Source: Pristiophorus japonicus
Lineage: Eukaryota
Length of the DNA stretch: 64,000 nt
Reading direction: 5' to 3'
Assembly: GCF_044704955.1 (NCBI RefSeq)
Contig: NC_091984.1
Span: 179,614,001 to 179,678,000 of the forward strand
The position numbers and the translations under genes are program-made. A model generated the notes under the pieces. It searched no databases. It was given only the letters and a program-made list of their open reading frames with translations, and had not been told where the DNA came from. This document shows, piece by piece, positions 1 to 13,500 of this stretch. Within the stretch, counting starts at the first letter, position 1, and each line of letters starts with the position of its first letter.

Positions 1-1667
1 CTGGTCGGGGTGGATCATGTGGTCCAGCACGGCGCCAAGGTGAGCAGACATCGCCCTGTTGAAGATTTTGTAGTCCGTGCTGAGGAGGGAGACCGGGCGC
101 CAGTTCTTAAGGAGGCGGAGATCGCCCTTCTTAGGCAGCAGGATGATGACTGCCCTGCGCCAAGAGAGGGGCATCTCCCCGGTCGCCAGACTTTCCCCCA
201 GGACCCGCGCATAGTCGCCCCCCAGAACGTCCCAGAACGCCCTGTGGAACTCCACGGTCAGCAGGTCCAGCCCCAGGGCTTTTCCCCTCGAGAGCCGGTC
301 GAGGGCGCCGGTCAGCTCCGCCAGGCTTAGCGGAGCTTCCAGATTTTCAGCGCCCTCCCGGCTAACCTTCGGCAGGTCCTCCCACAAAACTCTACGTGCT
401 TCCTCGCTGGATGGCTCCGGAGAGAACAGAGCCCCGTAATATTCACGGGCCCTGTTGTTGACGCCCTCCGGATCCGAGACGAGAGAGCCGTCGTCGACCA
501 GCAGCGTCAAGAGCTGCTTACGGACACTCTGCCTTTTTCCAGCGAGTAGAAGAAGGGGGAGCCGCGGTCCACATCACGCAGGAACCAGATCTGCGACCTC
601 ACGAACGCGCCTCGGGACCCGACGAGCTGCAGGTCCTTCAGCGCGGCCTTCTTCACTTCGTACACCGTCCGCAGGGCCGGGTCCTCGACAACTTGATCGA
701 GACGGGACTCCAGGTCAAGCACCTCTTTTTCTAGGCGCCCGACCCTGGCCGCCCGCCTCTTGGTCGACCCCCTCGCGTACTCTTGACAGAAGACGCGTAC
801 GTGAGCCTTGCCCACGTCCCACCATAGCCTCAAGGAGGGGAAGCCCCCCTGCTTCCTTCTCCAGTGGGCCGAGAAACGACGGAACGAATCCTGGAACCGC
901 ACATCTTCCAGCAGCTGGTTGTTAAAATGCCAGTACACGGACCCCGTCCTCGCGCGGAGCAAAGCGAGCTCCGCCCACACCAGGTGGTGGTCCTAACATG
1001 GCACCGGCCACATGGAGGCCGCCGGGACGCAGGAAACGTATGCCCGAGACACATAAAGGCGGTCGATTCTGGACCATCCTACTCCAGGCCTCACCCAAGT
1101 AAAGGCGCTGGAGTCGGGGTGGAGATTTCGCCAGACGTCCACCAGGTCGAAGAACCCGACCAGGTCCCTCAACTTCTCCATCGCCGTCATGCTCTGCGGG
1201 GCACCGGAGCGGTCCCTTGCCTCGAGGGTGCAGTTAAAATCCCCCCCGAGGGCAATGCAGTCGCCGACATCGACGGAGCTAAGAAGAGCGGACACTTATT
1301 GGAAGAAGCGCGTTTGCTGCGGGCCGGGCTGAGGGGTGTACACGTTCACGAGATGGAGCGGCATGTCCCCCAGGTGAACCGTGATGTGCAGCAAGCGGCC
1401 TGGCATGGGCTCCTCGACCCCCAAGATCTCCAGCTGAAAATGCGGGACCAGCAAGATGGATACCCCACAAGAAGTGGTGGTGAGGTGGCTCATGCGGACC
1501 TCTCCTTGCCATTCCAGGAGCCACGTGGCTTCGTCTCCCGGAACGGTGTGGGTTTCTTGCAGGAAGCACACCGCATATTTCCCCTCCCGCAGGGATGAAA
1601 ATTTGTTAAATCTACGGTGTGCCTCTCTGCCGCCGTTGATGTTGAGGCTGGCTATGGTTATCTTCAT
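1..1667 (-). pseudogene. Copy A ORF2 5' part (APE endonuclease and linker), disrupted
   Basis: ORF fragments 1296-1688, 993-1295 and 507-980 carry LQETH, GGDFN and RIDRLY motifs, split by stops and frameshifts. Confidence 0.85.
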
Positions 1668-1679
1668 GACAAAAGCATA

Positions 1680-3639
1680 GTGCAACATCTACCTAACCTA
1701 TTGTGGGGGAGGGGAGTGGAGTCGTTTGTTGACCTCCACTCCTTCAGCGTCCCAGCGAGGAACCTTTTGAGACGGCGCAGCTCAAGGCCTTGCGCCTTTG
1801 ATAACGGCCCGCCCGCGGCCATGGTTTTAATGGCGGCGCGGACGGACGCGATGAGCAGCCCCGGCTCAGACCATTTTTCCCGGGCCAGATGGGCTCGGTT
1901 GCGGCAACCCTGGCTCTGGGCCAAAAAGTCCCGGAGTTCCTTTACAGGAATGAGGGGGGACTCAGCAGCGGGCACGAGGAGATCCACTGCCTCACTGGTG
2001 ATGGACTCAAAATCTTCTTCTGAGTCCCCCACCAAGTCCCCGTCCCCCTCCGGGAGGTCACCGCCAGCAGCCGGCCCGTCGACCGCACGAGGTATGACAA
2101 ACGGCCCGGCCGCTCCATCCAACCCTGGCTCTGTCCCGATCCCACCCCCAGGATCGTCAGCAGAGGAGTCCCCACTGGGCTCTTTTAAAAGTGGTGCTGG
2201 ATCACGAAGCGACAGCGGAAGGGGTTCCTCCTCTGCCCCAGGAACCGGGGAACAGAGAGTGACCTGGCCAAAGTAATTCTCCAGGTCCTCCAATACCACA
2301 GCTCCAAAGTAGGGGGCGAGGGTTGGTGGTCTTCCCCTTCCCCGTCGCCACCCCCGGCCCAGCGTGGACAGAATTGTTAAAATTGTTCATATTTTCCATT
2401 TCTTCCGGGCTGAGCGAATCCCGCGGGAAGTTGGTTAATAGCTGGGCGGGCTCAGGTTCAGAATTTTCATCCCCGCCCGCCTCAGTACCCGGGATGCTCG
2501 ACCTGATGGCTACGCATTCCTCCGCTGGCCCCACGCCCCCCACGACAGGCAGATCTTCCACGCCATCCCCGGGAGCCAGAGGCTGGGAAGCCTCGACTGT
2601 CTCACTCTCCCCGGGGACAGATTCCTCCTGCCTACGCCGCAGTTTGGGGGCGCTGGTGGGGGACGCGGGACACGCGGCGGGCATGTTATCGGCGTAAGTC
2701 GAGAGGACGACCTCCACGCCCGGCACCCCGCGCTCGCTGGTGATGGGGATGGGCTGAGCGTGGTAAACAAATTGTCTGGCGCACTGAGGGGACCCGCCTC
2801 GAGAGTTTCGCCTTCTTCCGCGCCTTCTTTCCGATAAGACACTCTCCCTCCCCCCCGCCGGAGGCCGTGAAAACAAAGGCCCCCGATGATGCCTGCACAC
2901 CTACGGCTCCCGGCACGCGGACGCAACTAGGGGGACGGGTGGCAGCGGCGCCAGCCTTGGCTGCCTTCAGTGATTTGGCGGCCTTGGAGGCGGGGCAGTT
3001 TTTACGAACATGCCCCACCTCCCTACAGGCATGGCACCGCACGCCGTCCCACGTCCAGAAGACGCAGTAGGCAGTCCCCTCGTGCACCACATTAAATGAT
3101 CCCTCCGTTGTCTCCTCCCACGCCAGCCAGGCAAAAAGTTGGCGGCGGAAGGAGAACACGTGGCGCAGGCTGCTCTCCCTGAGCCCGAGCGGTATGGGGT
3201 TGATCCCCGACCTTACCTCCACCAGTTGGTGTAGGTGAGGGAGGATGAGCTCAGCAGGAACAAAGGGCGGGACATTTGAAAGGATGACCCTCTGCGCGGT
3301 GGCCTCGAGAGGTTCCACCGGCAGGAACGTCCCGCCCACCGTGAGCCCCTTTTCAAGGGCCAGGGACACCACCCGCTCCGACCCCAGGAAGAATACAGCC
3401 TTCCCAGACATCTTGGAGGTTGCGACAATGGCCGAGGGGCCGACTACCCCAGCCATCACCCGCACGCACTCCTCGATGCTCATTGTGGGGTGAGTGTAGC
3501 TCTTGACCCCGTGTTTTTTTGTTATAAGTCTGAAAGGTGTCAGGGCAGCAGGAGGCACAGGAGGCGCCGTGGATGTGGACGCCGCCTGCGCATATGTCTT
3601 TGCTGGCTGTGCCACCGGCGTGGATGAGGTCGCCATCAT
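1680..3639 (-). pseudogene. Copy A ORF1 (zinc-knuckle nucleic-acid-binding protein), frameshifted
   Basis: ORF 2686-3639 contains VILSNVPPF and the CCHC knuckle. The acidic, Pro-rich C-terminal half continues in other frames. Confidence 0.85.
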
Positions 3640-4799
3640 GGGGTCCCTTTAAGGGCCACAGCCACCCAAAGTCACAGGCCTTAATGGTCTTAAATGGCCT
3701 CATTGGTGTTTGAACAGAGGGAGCTCTAAAAGAGGCACACCTCTCCCCTAGTTGACAATTGGGGAGGGGCCTTGCTCCCTCTGCTCAGTTGTCTTAATTG
3801 GTTTTTAATTAGGAGGAAAGGGGCTCTCAGAGAGAGAGGGGAAAGACAGAGAGAGAGAGAAAGTGAGTGGGGGTGGGACAGAGGGAAGCTGTGAGGGCAG
3901 GTCTCCCCTCACAGCGATGGGTGGGTGTTTTTCTTGGGGTGCACTCCCCAGAAGATGGAAAACAAACACAGTCTTTGTAGATGGTCTTCGGGTGGGGGGG
4001 AGAAGATGTCTTCACCTGGGACAGCTGGAGCCACCCAGGCACACACCCCCAACGATGTTAAATAGGTGATTAATAGTTCTTCAACCAGGTAGCTCCAGCT
4101 ATCCCAGGCTAGGCAATGGGGGAGGGGTGCTTCAGTCGTGTGTGGGGCTGAGCTGTAAGCAAGACCCCCACACACACTTCCACAAACACCCCGCCCCCCC
4201 CCCCGCGATGTTCTGGCCCTCTAGCAAGTCTTCTTTCCACCCCCCACCGATACAACAAAGTCTTTAGGGGAATGCACCAAAACACACCGACCTTTGCTTG
4301 ATGAAGTTTCTCCCTCCTTCCACACTGGATACTTGTTCTTTTTTCCCCTTCTCTCCAAATCTCTGCAGCAGTATTAAAGGTTGTTGAATTTTCCGCTCTC
4401 CTCCTCTCCCTCTGGATGGATTGGAATGTAGAAAGCCCCCTCCTCCTCTTCCTGGGCTGTTTCACAGGGCTCACAACAGGCTTTCCAGTCAGGAGCAATA
4501 GCAGGGAGTTCCTTCTCTCACAGCAGCACAGCTCCAACTGAATAGGCCACGCCTCCAAAGCTCCACAATTGGTCCACAGAACTCTTGGGAGGAAACGAAA
4601 ACATTAAATCGTGGCCCCCCGATCTGGGGGACGCACCAAACATTTACAAGGCTCTTTTTTTTGGGTTTTTTTGTGTTTTTTATTTAAGTTTTTTTTTGGG
4701 CACCAAAATCATATTTTTTCTCCAAGAGCCCCCTACAAAAGGGGAGGGGGACACTGAAAACACCGGCAATTAAAACAAATTAAACTTTAAAACATAAAA

Positions 4800-7700
4800 T
4801 CAAATTAAAATTTGGTTGCCGGGCGTGATGATGCACTCCAGTCCCTCCCGTGCCCACCTCTCGCGGAAGGCCACGAGCGTACCGGTGGACACCGCGTGCT
4901 CCATCTCCAAGGACACCCTGGCACGGATGTACACGCGGAAGTGAGGCAGGCAGTCAGGTTGAACGACCCTCTCGACCGCCCGCTGCCTGGACCGGCTGAT
5001 GGCACCATTGGCCGTGCCTAGGAGCAGTCCTACGAGGAGACCCTCGGACCTACCCGCTCCCCGCCGCACAGGGTGCCCAAAGATCAGGAGTGTGGGACTG
5101 AAGTGCAGCCAGAATTTCAGGAGCAGCCCCTTTAAATAATAAAACAGGGGCTGCAACCTAGTGCATTCGATAAAAACATGGAACACGGACTCTTCCAGAC
5201 CGCAGAAATTGCAGGCGGCGTGGGAGCCCATGAACCGGCTTAAAAATTTATTGCACGGCACTGCTCCATGCACCACCCTCCAGGCCAAGTCCCCGATAAA
5301 TACTGGGAGGACTCCCGCGTAGAGTGCCCTCCATCGGGGACACCCACCTCCTCCGGACGGCAAGATGGTACGCCATGGCGTGTCGGGACGGCAGGCGATG
5401 ATGGCAAAATTGAGGGTGTGCAGGAGCAGCCCGTACAGGAAACCCCTCCGCGCGGAACTGAAAGGCATGGAGGGGATTTCCCCGAGGCAGCTCAAGTTGT
5501 GAGGCGCCGGCTCCCGAGGGAGGTTCCGGGGTTTGGCGCCGATGATGAATTCCGTCCAGACGGGGGTCAGTTCGGACGGGATCTCCCCACATGCTTGAGC
5601 CTCCTCGATGCACCTAACGGAGTCAGGGCCCAGAGCTGTTTTTAGCGACTCGATGGCATCGGCCGCGCGGCGGACGTCGGCCGTATTTAGGCGCCGTGCC
5701 TGCGTGTCTGGCGCCATCCAGCCCACTCCTCTGCCATCGAGCAGGTCCCTGACACTAGTCACCTCACCAGCCACAGCCCTCTCGTCCGACTGCCAACTAA
5801 AACCTCGGTCATGGAGGTACGGATTCCCGAGCAGCGGCTCGTGCAGGACAGCCGCCACTCCAGCCGGTGGAGAGCTGCGTTTGATGGAGACTTTGTTTCA
5901 GACCCTGGTAAGTTCCTTGTAAAAGACAGGCAGCTCCTGGAAGGCGGTCCTGACGCCCCCCATGCTCACAAACAGGAGCTGCGTGTCGTAGTTGAGGTCA
6001 TGCTGCTGGCGGAAACAATACGGCGCCAGAGCACGCCACCTAGAAGGGGGTTCGACGTAAAGGTATCTCTGCAGGGTCTGAAGATGGAAAGTCGCGACTT
6101 GGGTGTTGACGCACACCAACGACTGACCGTCCTCCCCAAGCGGGAGCCTCAAGACCGCGGCAGAGACCCAGTGCTTCCTGTTGTTCCAGAAGAAGTCCAC
6201 CAGCTTCTTCTGTATCTTGGTGACAAACGCAGGGGGAGGGGTCAAAGTGACCAGCCGGTACCACAGCATGGCGGCCACCAGCTGGTTTATGACTAGCGCT
6301 CGACCCCTGTAGGACAGCACTCGGAGCAGTCCTGTCGAGCACCCTAGGCGAGCGGCGACCTTGGCCTCCAGCTCTTGCCAGTTTGCTGGCCAGGCTTCCT
6401 CGTTGGGGCTAAGGTCGACTCCCAGATAGAGGAGATGGGTCGTGCTCCAGGCAAAAGGCCTGAGCTCCTCCGGCTGGGAGTCCACCCACCACTGACCCAC
6501 CAGGAGTCCGGAACATTTTTTCCAGTTGATCCTGGTGGAGGATTCGGCCGAGTAAATCTCCTGGCACTCACGCATCCTCCGCAGGTCAGTGGGATCCTCT
6601 ACCGCGAGGAGCACGTCATCGGCGTAAGCCGAGAGGACGACCTCCACGCCCGGCCCTTGCAGAGCCAGTCCCATCAACCTCGTCCGCAGGAGGCGCAGGA
6701 AAGGCTCCACGCAGATGGCATATAACTGGCCGGATATGGGGCATCCCTGGTGCACCCCTCTCCGAAAGAGAAGGGGCGCCGTCAAGGACACGTTAACCTT
6801 TATCAGACACTCCGCGGCGGCGTACAAAAGTCGGATCCGGGCGACGAAATGCATCCCGAACCCGAAAGCGCGCAGAGTTCCAAACAGATAGTCGTGATCC
6901 ACCCTGTCGAACGCCTTCTCTTGGTCGAGAGATAGGAAGGCGACCGCCAGACCAGTCTCCTGGGAATGATGGATGAGGTCCCAGACCAGATGGATGTTAC
7001 CGTGGATTGTCCGGCCCGGGACCGTGTAGGACTGGTCGGGGTGGATCATGTGGTCCAGCACGGCGCCAAGGCGAGCAGACATCGCCCTGGCGAAGATTTT
7101 GTAGTCCGTGCTGAGGAGGGAGACCGGGCGCCAGTTCTTAAGGAGGCGGAGATCACCCTTCTTCGGCAGCAGGACGATGACTGCCCTGCGCCAAGAGAGG
7201 GGCATCTCCCCGGTCGCCAGACTTTCCCCCAGGACCCGTGCGTAGTCGCCCCCCAGGACGTCCCAGAATGCCCTGTGGAACTCCACGGTCAGCCCGTCCA
7301 GCCCCGGGGCTTTAACCCTCGAGAGCCGGTCGAGGGCGCCGGTCAGCTCCGCCAGGCTTAGCGGTGCTTCCAGATTTTCGGCGCCCTCCGGGCCAACCTT
7401 AGGCAGGTCCTCCCACAAAACTCTACGCGCTTCTTCGCTGGACGGCTCCGGACAGAACAGAGCCCCGTAATATTCACGAGCCCTGTTGTTGACGCCCTCC
7501 GGATCCGAGACGAGAGAGCCGTCGTCGGCCAGCAGCATCAAGAGCTGCTTACGGATACTCTGTCTTTTTTCCAGCGAGTAGAAGAAGGGGGAGCCGTGGT
7601 CCAGATCCCAAAGGAACCGGATCCACGACCTCACGAATGCGCCTCGGGACCCGACGAGCTGCAGGTCCTTCAGCGTGGCCTTCTTCGCTTCGTACACCAT

Positions 7701-8698
7701 CCGCAGGGCCGGGTCCTCGACGACTTGACCGAGACGGGACTCCAGGTCGAGCACCTCTTTTTCTAGGCGCCCGACCCTGGCCGCCCGCCTCTTGGTCGAC
7801 CCCCTCGCGTAATCTTGACAGAAGACACAGACGTGGGCCTTACCCACGTCCCACCATAGCCTCAAGGAGGGGAAGCTCCCCTACTTCCTTCTCCAGTCGG
7901 CCCAGAAACGACGGAACGAGCCCTGGAACCGCACGTCCTCCAGCAGCTGGTTGTTAAAATGTCAGTACGTGGACCCCCTCCTGCGCGGAGCGAAGTGAGC
8001 TCCGCCCACACCAGGTGGTGGTCCGAACACAGCGCCGGCCGCATGGAGGCCGCCGGGACGCAGGAAACGTACACCCAAGACACGTAAAGGCGGTCGACTC
8101 TGGACCATCCTACTCCAGGCCTCACCCAAGTAAAGGCGCTGGAGCCGGGATGGAGATTTCGCCAGACGTCCACCAAGTCGAAGGACCCGACCAGGTCCCT
8201 CAACTTCTCCATCGCTGTCATGCTCTGCGGGGCACCGGAGTGGTCCCTCGCCTCGAGGGTGCAGTTAAAATCCCCCCCGAGGACAATGCAGTCGCCGACG
8301 TCGACGGAGCCAATAAGAGCGGACACTTCTTCGAAGAAGCGTGTTTGCTGTGGTCCGGGCTGAGGGGCGTACACGTTCACGAGATGGAGCGGCACGTCCC
8401 CCAGGGGAACCGTGACATGCAGCAAGTGGCCTGGCACGGGCTCCTCGACCCCCGAGATCTCAGGCTGAAAATGCGGGGCCAACAAGATGGCCACCCCACA
8501 AGAAGTGGTAGTGAGGTGGCTCATGCGGACCTCTCCTTGCCATTCCAGGAGCCACGTGGCTTCATCTCCCGGAACGATGTGGGTTTCTTGCAGGAAGCAC
8601 ACCGCATATTTCCCCTCCCGCAGGAGCGAAAAATTGTTAAAACTAAGGTGTGCCTCTCTGCCGCCGTTGATGTTGAGGCTGGCTATGGTTATCTTCAT
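4800..8698 (-). pseudogene. Copy B ORF2 (endonuclease, reverse transcriptase, zinc finger), interrupted
   Basis: ORFs 7862-8842, 5898-7865 and 4800-5858 with KNWRPVSLL, LDQEKAFD, YADD and YLGV motifs. Confidence 0.9.
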
Positions 8699-8719
8699 GA
8701 CAAAAGCATGAAGATAACT

Positions 8720-10807
8720 TATTGTGGGGGTTGGAGTGGAGTCGTTTGTTGACCTCCACTCCTTCAGCAGCCCAGCGAGGAACCTTTTGAGCTGGCGCAG
8801 CTCAAGGCCTCGCGCCTTTGATAAGGGCCCGCCCGCGGCCATGGTTTTAGCGGCGGCGCGGACGGATGCGACAAGCAGCCCTGGCTCGGACCATCTTTCC
8901 AGGGCCAGATGGGCTCAGTTGCGGCGACCCTGGCTCTGGACCAAAAAGTCCCAGAGTTCCTTTGCAGGAATGCGGGGGGACTCAGCGGCGGGAATGAGGA
9001 GATCCACCACCTCACTGGCAATGGACTCGAGATCTTCTCCCTCATCCCCCACCGAGTCCCCGTCCCCCTCCGGGAGGTCGCCGCCAGCAGCCGGCCCGTC
9101 GACCGCACGAGGTACAGCAAACGGCCCGGCCGCTCCATCCAACCCTGGCTCCGCCCCGATCCCACCCCCAGGATCGTCGGCAGAGGAGTCCCCACTGGGC
9201 TCTTTTAAAAGCGGTGCTGGGTCAGGAAGCAACAGCGGAAGGGGTTCCTCCTCCACCCCAGGAGCCGGGGAACACGGAGAGATCTGGTCAAAGTAATGTT
9301 CCAGGTCCTCCAAGTACCCCAGCTCCAAAGTAGGGGGCGAGGGTTGTTGTTCTTCCCCCTCCCCGCCGCCACCCCCCGGCCCAGCGTGTACAGAATCTTT
9401 AAAATTGTTCATATTTTCCGTTTCTTCCGGGCCGAGCGACTCCCGGGGGAAGTTGGTTAATAGCTGGGCGGGCTCAGGTTCGGCCTTTTCGGCCCCGCCC
9501 GCCTCAGTCCCCGGGACGCTCGACCCGGCGGCAACGCATTCTTCCGCTGGCCCCGCGCCCCCCACGACAGGCAGATCTTCCACGCCATCCCCAGGAGGCA
9601 GAGGCTGGGCAGCCTCGACTGCCTCACCCTCCCCAGGGATAGATTCCTCCTGCCTACGGCGCAGCTGGTGGGGGACGCGGGTCATGCGGCGGGCACCGAT
9701 TCCTCCACGGAGGGATGTTGTTCCCCCTCCGCCTCATTGGAGTGGCGCCTCCTTTTGTTCCTGGGGGAGCACGGAGGCAGGGAGACCTCCGTGTCTGCCG
9801 AGGCCTCCCGCTCCACTCCCCCCTATTTCTTATCTTGCCCGCGCCCAAACCCCTTTGCGGTATTGGTCAAGGGCTCGGGCACGGGCTCAGGGCACCCCGC
9901 GCTCGCCGGTGACGGGGTTGGGCTGAGCGCGGTAAACAAATTGTCTGGCGCACTGAGGGGACCCGCCTCGAGATGTTTCGCCTTCTTCCGCGCCTTCCTT
10001 CCGATGAGACGCTCTCCCTCCCCCCCGCCAGAGGGCGTGAAAAAAAAGGCCCCCGACGATGCCCGCGCACCTATGGCTCCCGGCACGCGGACGCTACTAG
10101 GGGGAGTGGTGGCGGCGGCGCCAGCCTTGGCCGCCTTCGTTGGTTTGGCGGCCTTGGAGGCGGGGCAGTTCTTGCGAACATGCCCCACCTCCCTACAGGC
10201 ATGGCACCGCACGCCGTCCGACGTCCAGAAGACGCGGTAGGCAGTCCCCTCGTGCACCACATTAAAATTGCCCTCTGTCATCTCCTCCCGCGCCAGTCGG
10301 ACAAAAAGGTGGAAGCAGCAGGAGAACACATGGCGCAGGCTGTTCTCCCTGAGGCCGAGCGGTATGGGTTTGATCCCTGACCTCACCTCCCCCAGTTGGT
10401 GTAGGTGAGGGAGGAGGAGCTCAGCGGGAACAAAGGGCGGGACGTTTGAAACGCTGACACTCTGCGCGGTGGCCTCGAGTGGGTCCACTGGCAGGAACGT
10501 CCCGCCCACCGTGAGCCCCTTTTCAAGGGCCAGGGACACCGCCCGCTCCGACCCCAGGAAGAATACAGCTATCCCACACATCTTGGAGGCTGCGACAATG
10601 GCCGAGGGACCGACTACCCCAGCCATCGCCCGCATGCACTCCTCAATGCACATTGTGGGGTGAGTGTAGCACTTGACCCCGTGGTTTCTTTGTTATTAGT
10701 CTGAACGGTATCAGGGCAGCAGGAGGCGCAGGAGGCGCCGTGGATGCGGACGCCGCCTGCGCATATGTCTTTGCTGGCCCTGCCACCAGCGTGGATGGGG
10801 TCACCAT
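8720..10807 (-). pseudogene. Copy B ORF1, frameshifted
   Basis: ORFs 9823-10653 (CCHC knuckle) and 8915-9685 are homologous to copy A ORF1. Confidence 0.85.
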
Positions 10808-11755
10808 CACGGGGTCCCTTTAAGGGCCATACCCACCCCAAAGTCACAGGCCTTAATGGTCTTAAATGGCCTCGTTGGTGTTTGAACAGAGGGAGCTCTA
10901 AAAGAGGCACACCTCTCCCCTAGTTGACAATTGGGGAGGGGCCTTGCTCCCTCTGCTCAGTTGTCTTAATTGGTTTTTAATTAGGAGGAAAAGGGCTCTC
11001 AGAGAGAGAGGGGAGAGACAGAGAGAGAGAGAAAGAGAGTGGGGGTGGGAAAGAGGGAAGCTGTGAGGGCAGGTCTCCCCTCACAGCGATGGGTGGGTGT
11101 TTTTCTTGGGGTGCACTCCCCAGATGATGGCAAAACAAACACAGTCTTTGTAGATGGTCTTCGGGTGGGGGTAGAAGATGTCTTCACCTGGGACAGCTGG
11201 AGCCACCCAGGCACACACTCCCAACGATGTTAAATAGGTGATTAATAGTTCTTCAGCCAGGTAGCTCCAGCTATCCCAGGCTAGGCAATGGGGGAGGGGT
11301 GCTTCAGTGGTGTGTGGGGCCTAGCTGTAAGCAAGACCCCCACACACACTTCCACACATACACACACCCCCCGCGATGTTCCGGCCCTCGAGTTATCTTC
11401 TTTCCTCCCCCCACCAATAAAACAAAGTCTTTCGGGGAATGCACCAAAATACACCCACCTGTTGAAGATTGTAGAAATGGCTCTCCCTCCTTCCACACTG
11501 GATGGTGTTTTCTCAGGTTGTTGTTCTTTTCCCCCTCTCTCCAACTCTCTGTAGCAGTAATAAAGTTGATAAATTTTTCTGCTCTCCTCCTCTCCCTCTG
11601 GATGAATTGGAACTGTAGTAAGCCCCTTCCTCCTCTTCCTGGGCTGGTCTCAGGGTTCTCTCTGGGCCTTCCGGCAGGAGCAACAGCAGGGAGTTCCTTC
11701 TCTCACAGCAGCACAGCTCCAACTGAATAGGCCACGCCTCCAAAGCTCCACAATT

Positions 11756-12760
11756 GGTCCACAGATTCCCTGAAAGTCGCAGGCAGGTGGATAAGTTAGT
11801 TAAGAAGGCATATGGAATGCTTGCCTTTATTGGCCGAAGCATAGAATATAAGAGCAGGGAGGTTATGCTTAAATGGCATAATACATTGTTTAGGCCACAA
11901 ATGAGTGCTGCTTGCAATTCTGCTTGCCGTAGTATAGGAAGGACGTGACTGCACTAGAGAGGTGCAGGAGAGATTTACTAGGATGCTGCCTGGAATGGAG
12001 AATCTTAGTTATGAGGATAGATTGGATAGGCTGGGTTCTCATTGGAGGAGACCTCATTGCGGTGTACAAAATATTGAGCGGCCTGGATATAGTGGATAGC
12101 AAGGGCCTTTTTCCATTGTTTGAGGTGCCTATTATGAGCGGGCAGAGTTTAAAGTGGTTGGTGGAAAGTTTCGAGGGGTTTGAGAGGGGGTCTTCTTTAC
12201 GCAGAGGGTTGTGGAGATCAGGAACTCACTGTCTGAAAGAGTAGTGGATGCAAAAATCCTCACCACATTTAAGAGATCGTTGGATGGGCACTTAAAGTGC
12301 CGTGACCTGCAGGGTTATGGACCTAGAGCTGGTAATTGGGATTAGACTGGATAAACTCTTGTTGGTTGGGGCAGATATGATGGTAATACTGCAGGAAATC
12401 ACATACGGCCAGGATGATCTCCTGGACTAGTTTCGATTGCCTGGATGGATCGGAGAGGAGGTTTCCCAGATTTTGTCCCCAAATTGACCTGGGTTTTTAT
12501 CAATTTTTATCTCTCCCAGGAGATCATATGGCTTTGGCTGGGGTGGAGTGTAGAATGTTTCAGTGTGGGGGGTGTCGCAGTTGTGTGGGGTGGACTGTTT
12601 GGACTTTGTGCTCTTTACCTTTCCGCCATTGTTCATTGTTCATAGGTTTATATGCAAGCTTCAGGGCTGCTCACCGAGGGCCATGCGGCGCTTTGTCGGC
12701 CGACGTGGACATGATGGGCTGCAATGGCCTTCTTCTGTGCTGTAAATTTCTATGTTTCTA
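11756..12760 (+). mobile_element. CR1-type LINE 3' fragment (host of the Tx1 insertions)
   Basis: Encodes VKKAYGMLAFIGRSIEYKSREVML and GDLIAVYKILSGLD. Ends in a TTTCTATGTTTCTA tail. Confidence 0.8.
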
Positions 12761-12945
12761 CATTTATATGTTTCTTAACTGTGAAATAAATCTGGTGCAG
12801 ATTTCACTAAATATAGGTCCTACACTATTACAGTATTCGGTTTTAACTAAATGTAGCAATGATACCTAAATGCAAAGTATCTCGTGCAGTTTAAAAGGTC
12901 AATTATGTGATCTTAATTGTCCTGCTTTGAAACGTTGTGACTGAC

Positions 12946-13320
12946 ATAAGAACAAAAGAAATAGGAGCAGGAGTAGGCCATTGAGCCCCTCGAGCCTGCT
13001 CCGCAATTCAATAAGATCATGGCTGATTTGATCTTGACCTCAACTCCACTTCACTGCCCACTCTCCATAACCCTTGACTCCCTTTTCATCCAAAAATCTG
13101 TCTATCTCCACGTTAAATTTATTGATTGGCGCAGCCTCCACAAGTCTCTGGGGTAGAGAATTTCACACATTCACGACCCTCTGAGGGAAGAAATTTCTCA
13201 TCATTTCTGTTTTAAATAAGCGACTGCATATTCTGAATCTTTGGCCCCTAGTTCTAGATTCCCCATGAGGAGAAACAACCTCTCTGCATCTACCCTGACA
13301 AGCCCTCTCAGAATCTTAAA
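12946..13320 (-). mobile_element. CR1 LINE 3' end fragment
   Basis: Begins with an ACATAAGAAC tail plus ATAGGAGCAGGAGTAGGCC, shared with other copies in the window. Confidence 0.8.
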
Positions 13321-13395
13321 GTTTTAGTAAGAAACGCAGTTACCAGAAACTGCTCATTGTTCATCGTCCAATGGGCGCCTTCAAAAGGATAAAAC

Positions 13396-13449
13396 ATTTG
13401 CATATCTAATAAAATGGTGAGATTTCATTGGTCCAACCTTTGATATAAA
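13396..13449 (+). promoter_or_regulatory. Candidate Ig-type promoter: octamer ATTTGCAT (13396-13403) and TATAAA (13444-13449)
   Basis: The octamer is in the light-chain-promoter orientation, about 100 bp before an ATG at 13501 and upstream of the V-J exon. Confidence 0.45.
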
Positions 13450-13500
13450 GCACGACATCGATCAATCAAAAAGATAACATTTCCTACATTCACCTTTACA

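Larger units (their letters stand above)
1..4570 (-). mobile_element. Tx1-type L1-clade non-LTR retrotransposon, copy A (5' UTR, ORF1 and start of ORF2; 3' part runs off the window start)
   Basis: ORF1 has a CCHC knuckle (CHACREVGHVRKNC). ORF2 begins MKITIASLNING...FLQETH...GGDFNC (APE endonuclease). Colinear with copy B. Contains stops and frameshifts. Confidence 0.9.
4581..11755 (-). mobile_element. Tx1-type L1-clade non-LTR retrotransposon, copy B (apparently full length, about 7.2 kb, inactive)
   Basis: About 950-bp 5' UTR, ORF1, and ORF2 with EN, RT (QGCPISG, YADD at 6615-6626) and a C-terminal zinc finger (CNFCGLEESVFHVFIEC). Short 3' UTR with no poly(A). Confidence 0.92.

Noticed and set aside
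10-11730. Many long plus-strand ORFs over the Tx1 elements
   Set aside because: They are antisense shadows of GC-rich retrotransposon ORFs with no independent motifs.
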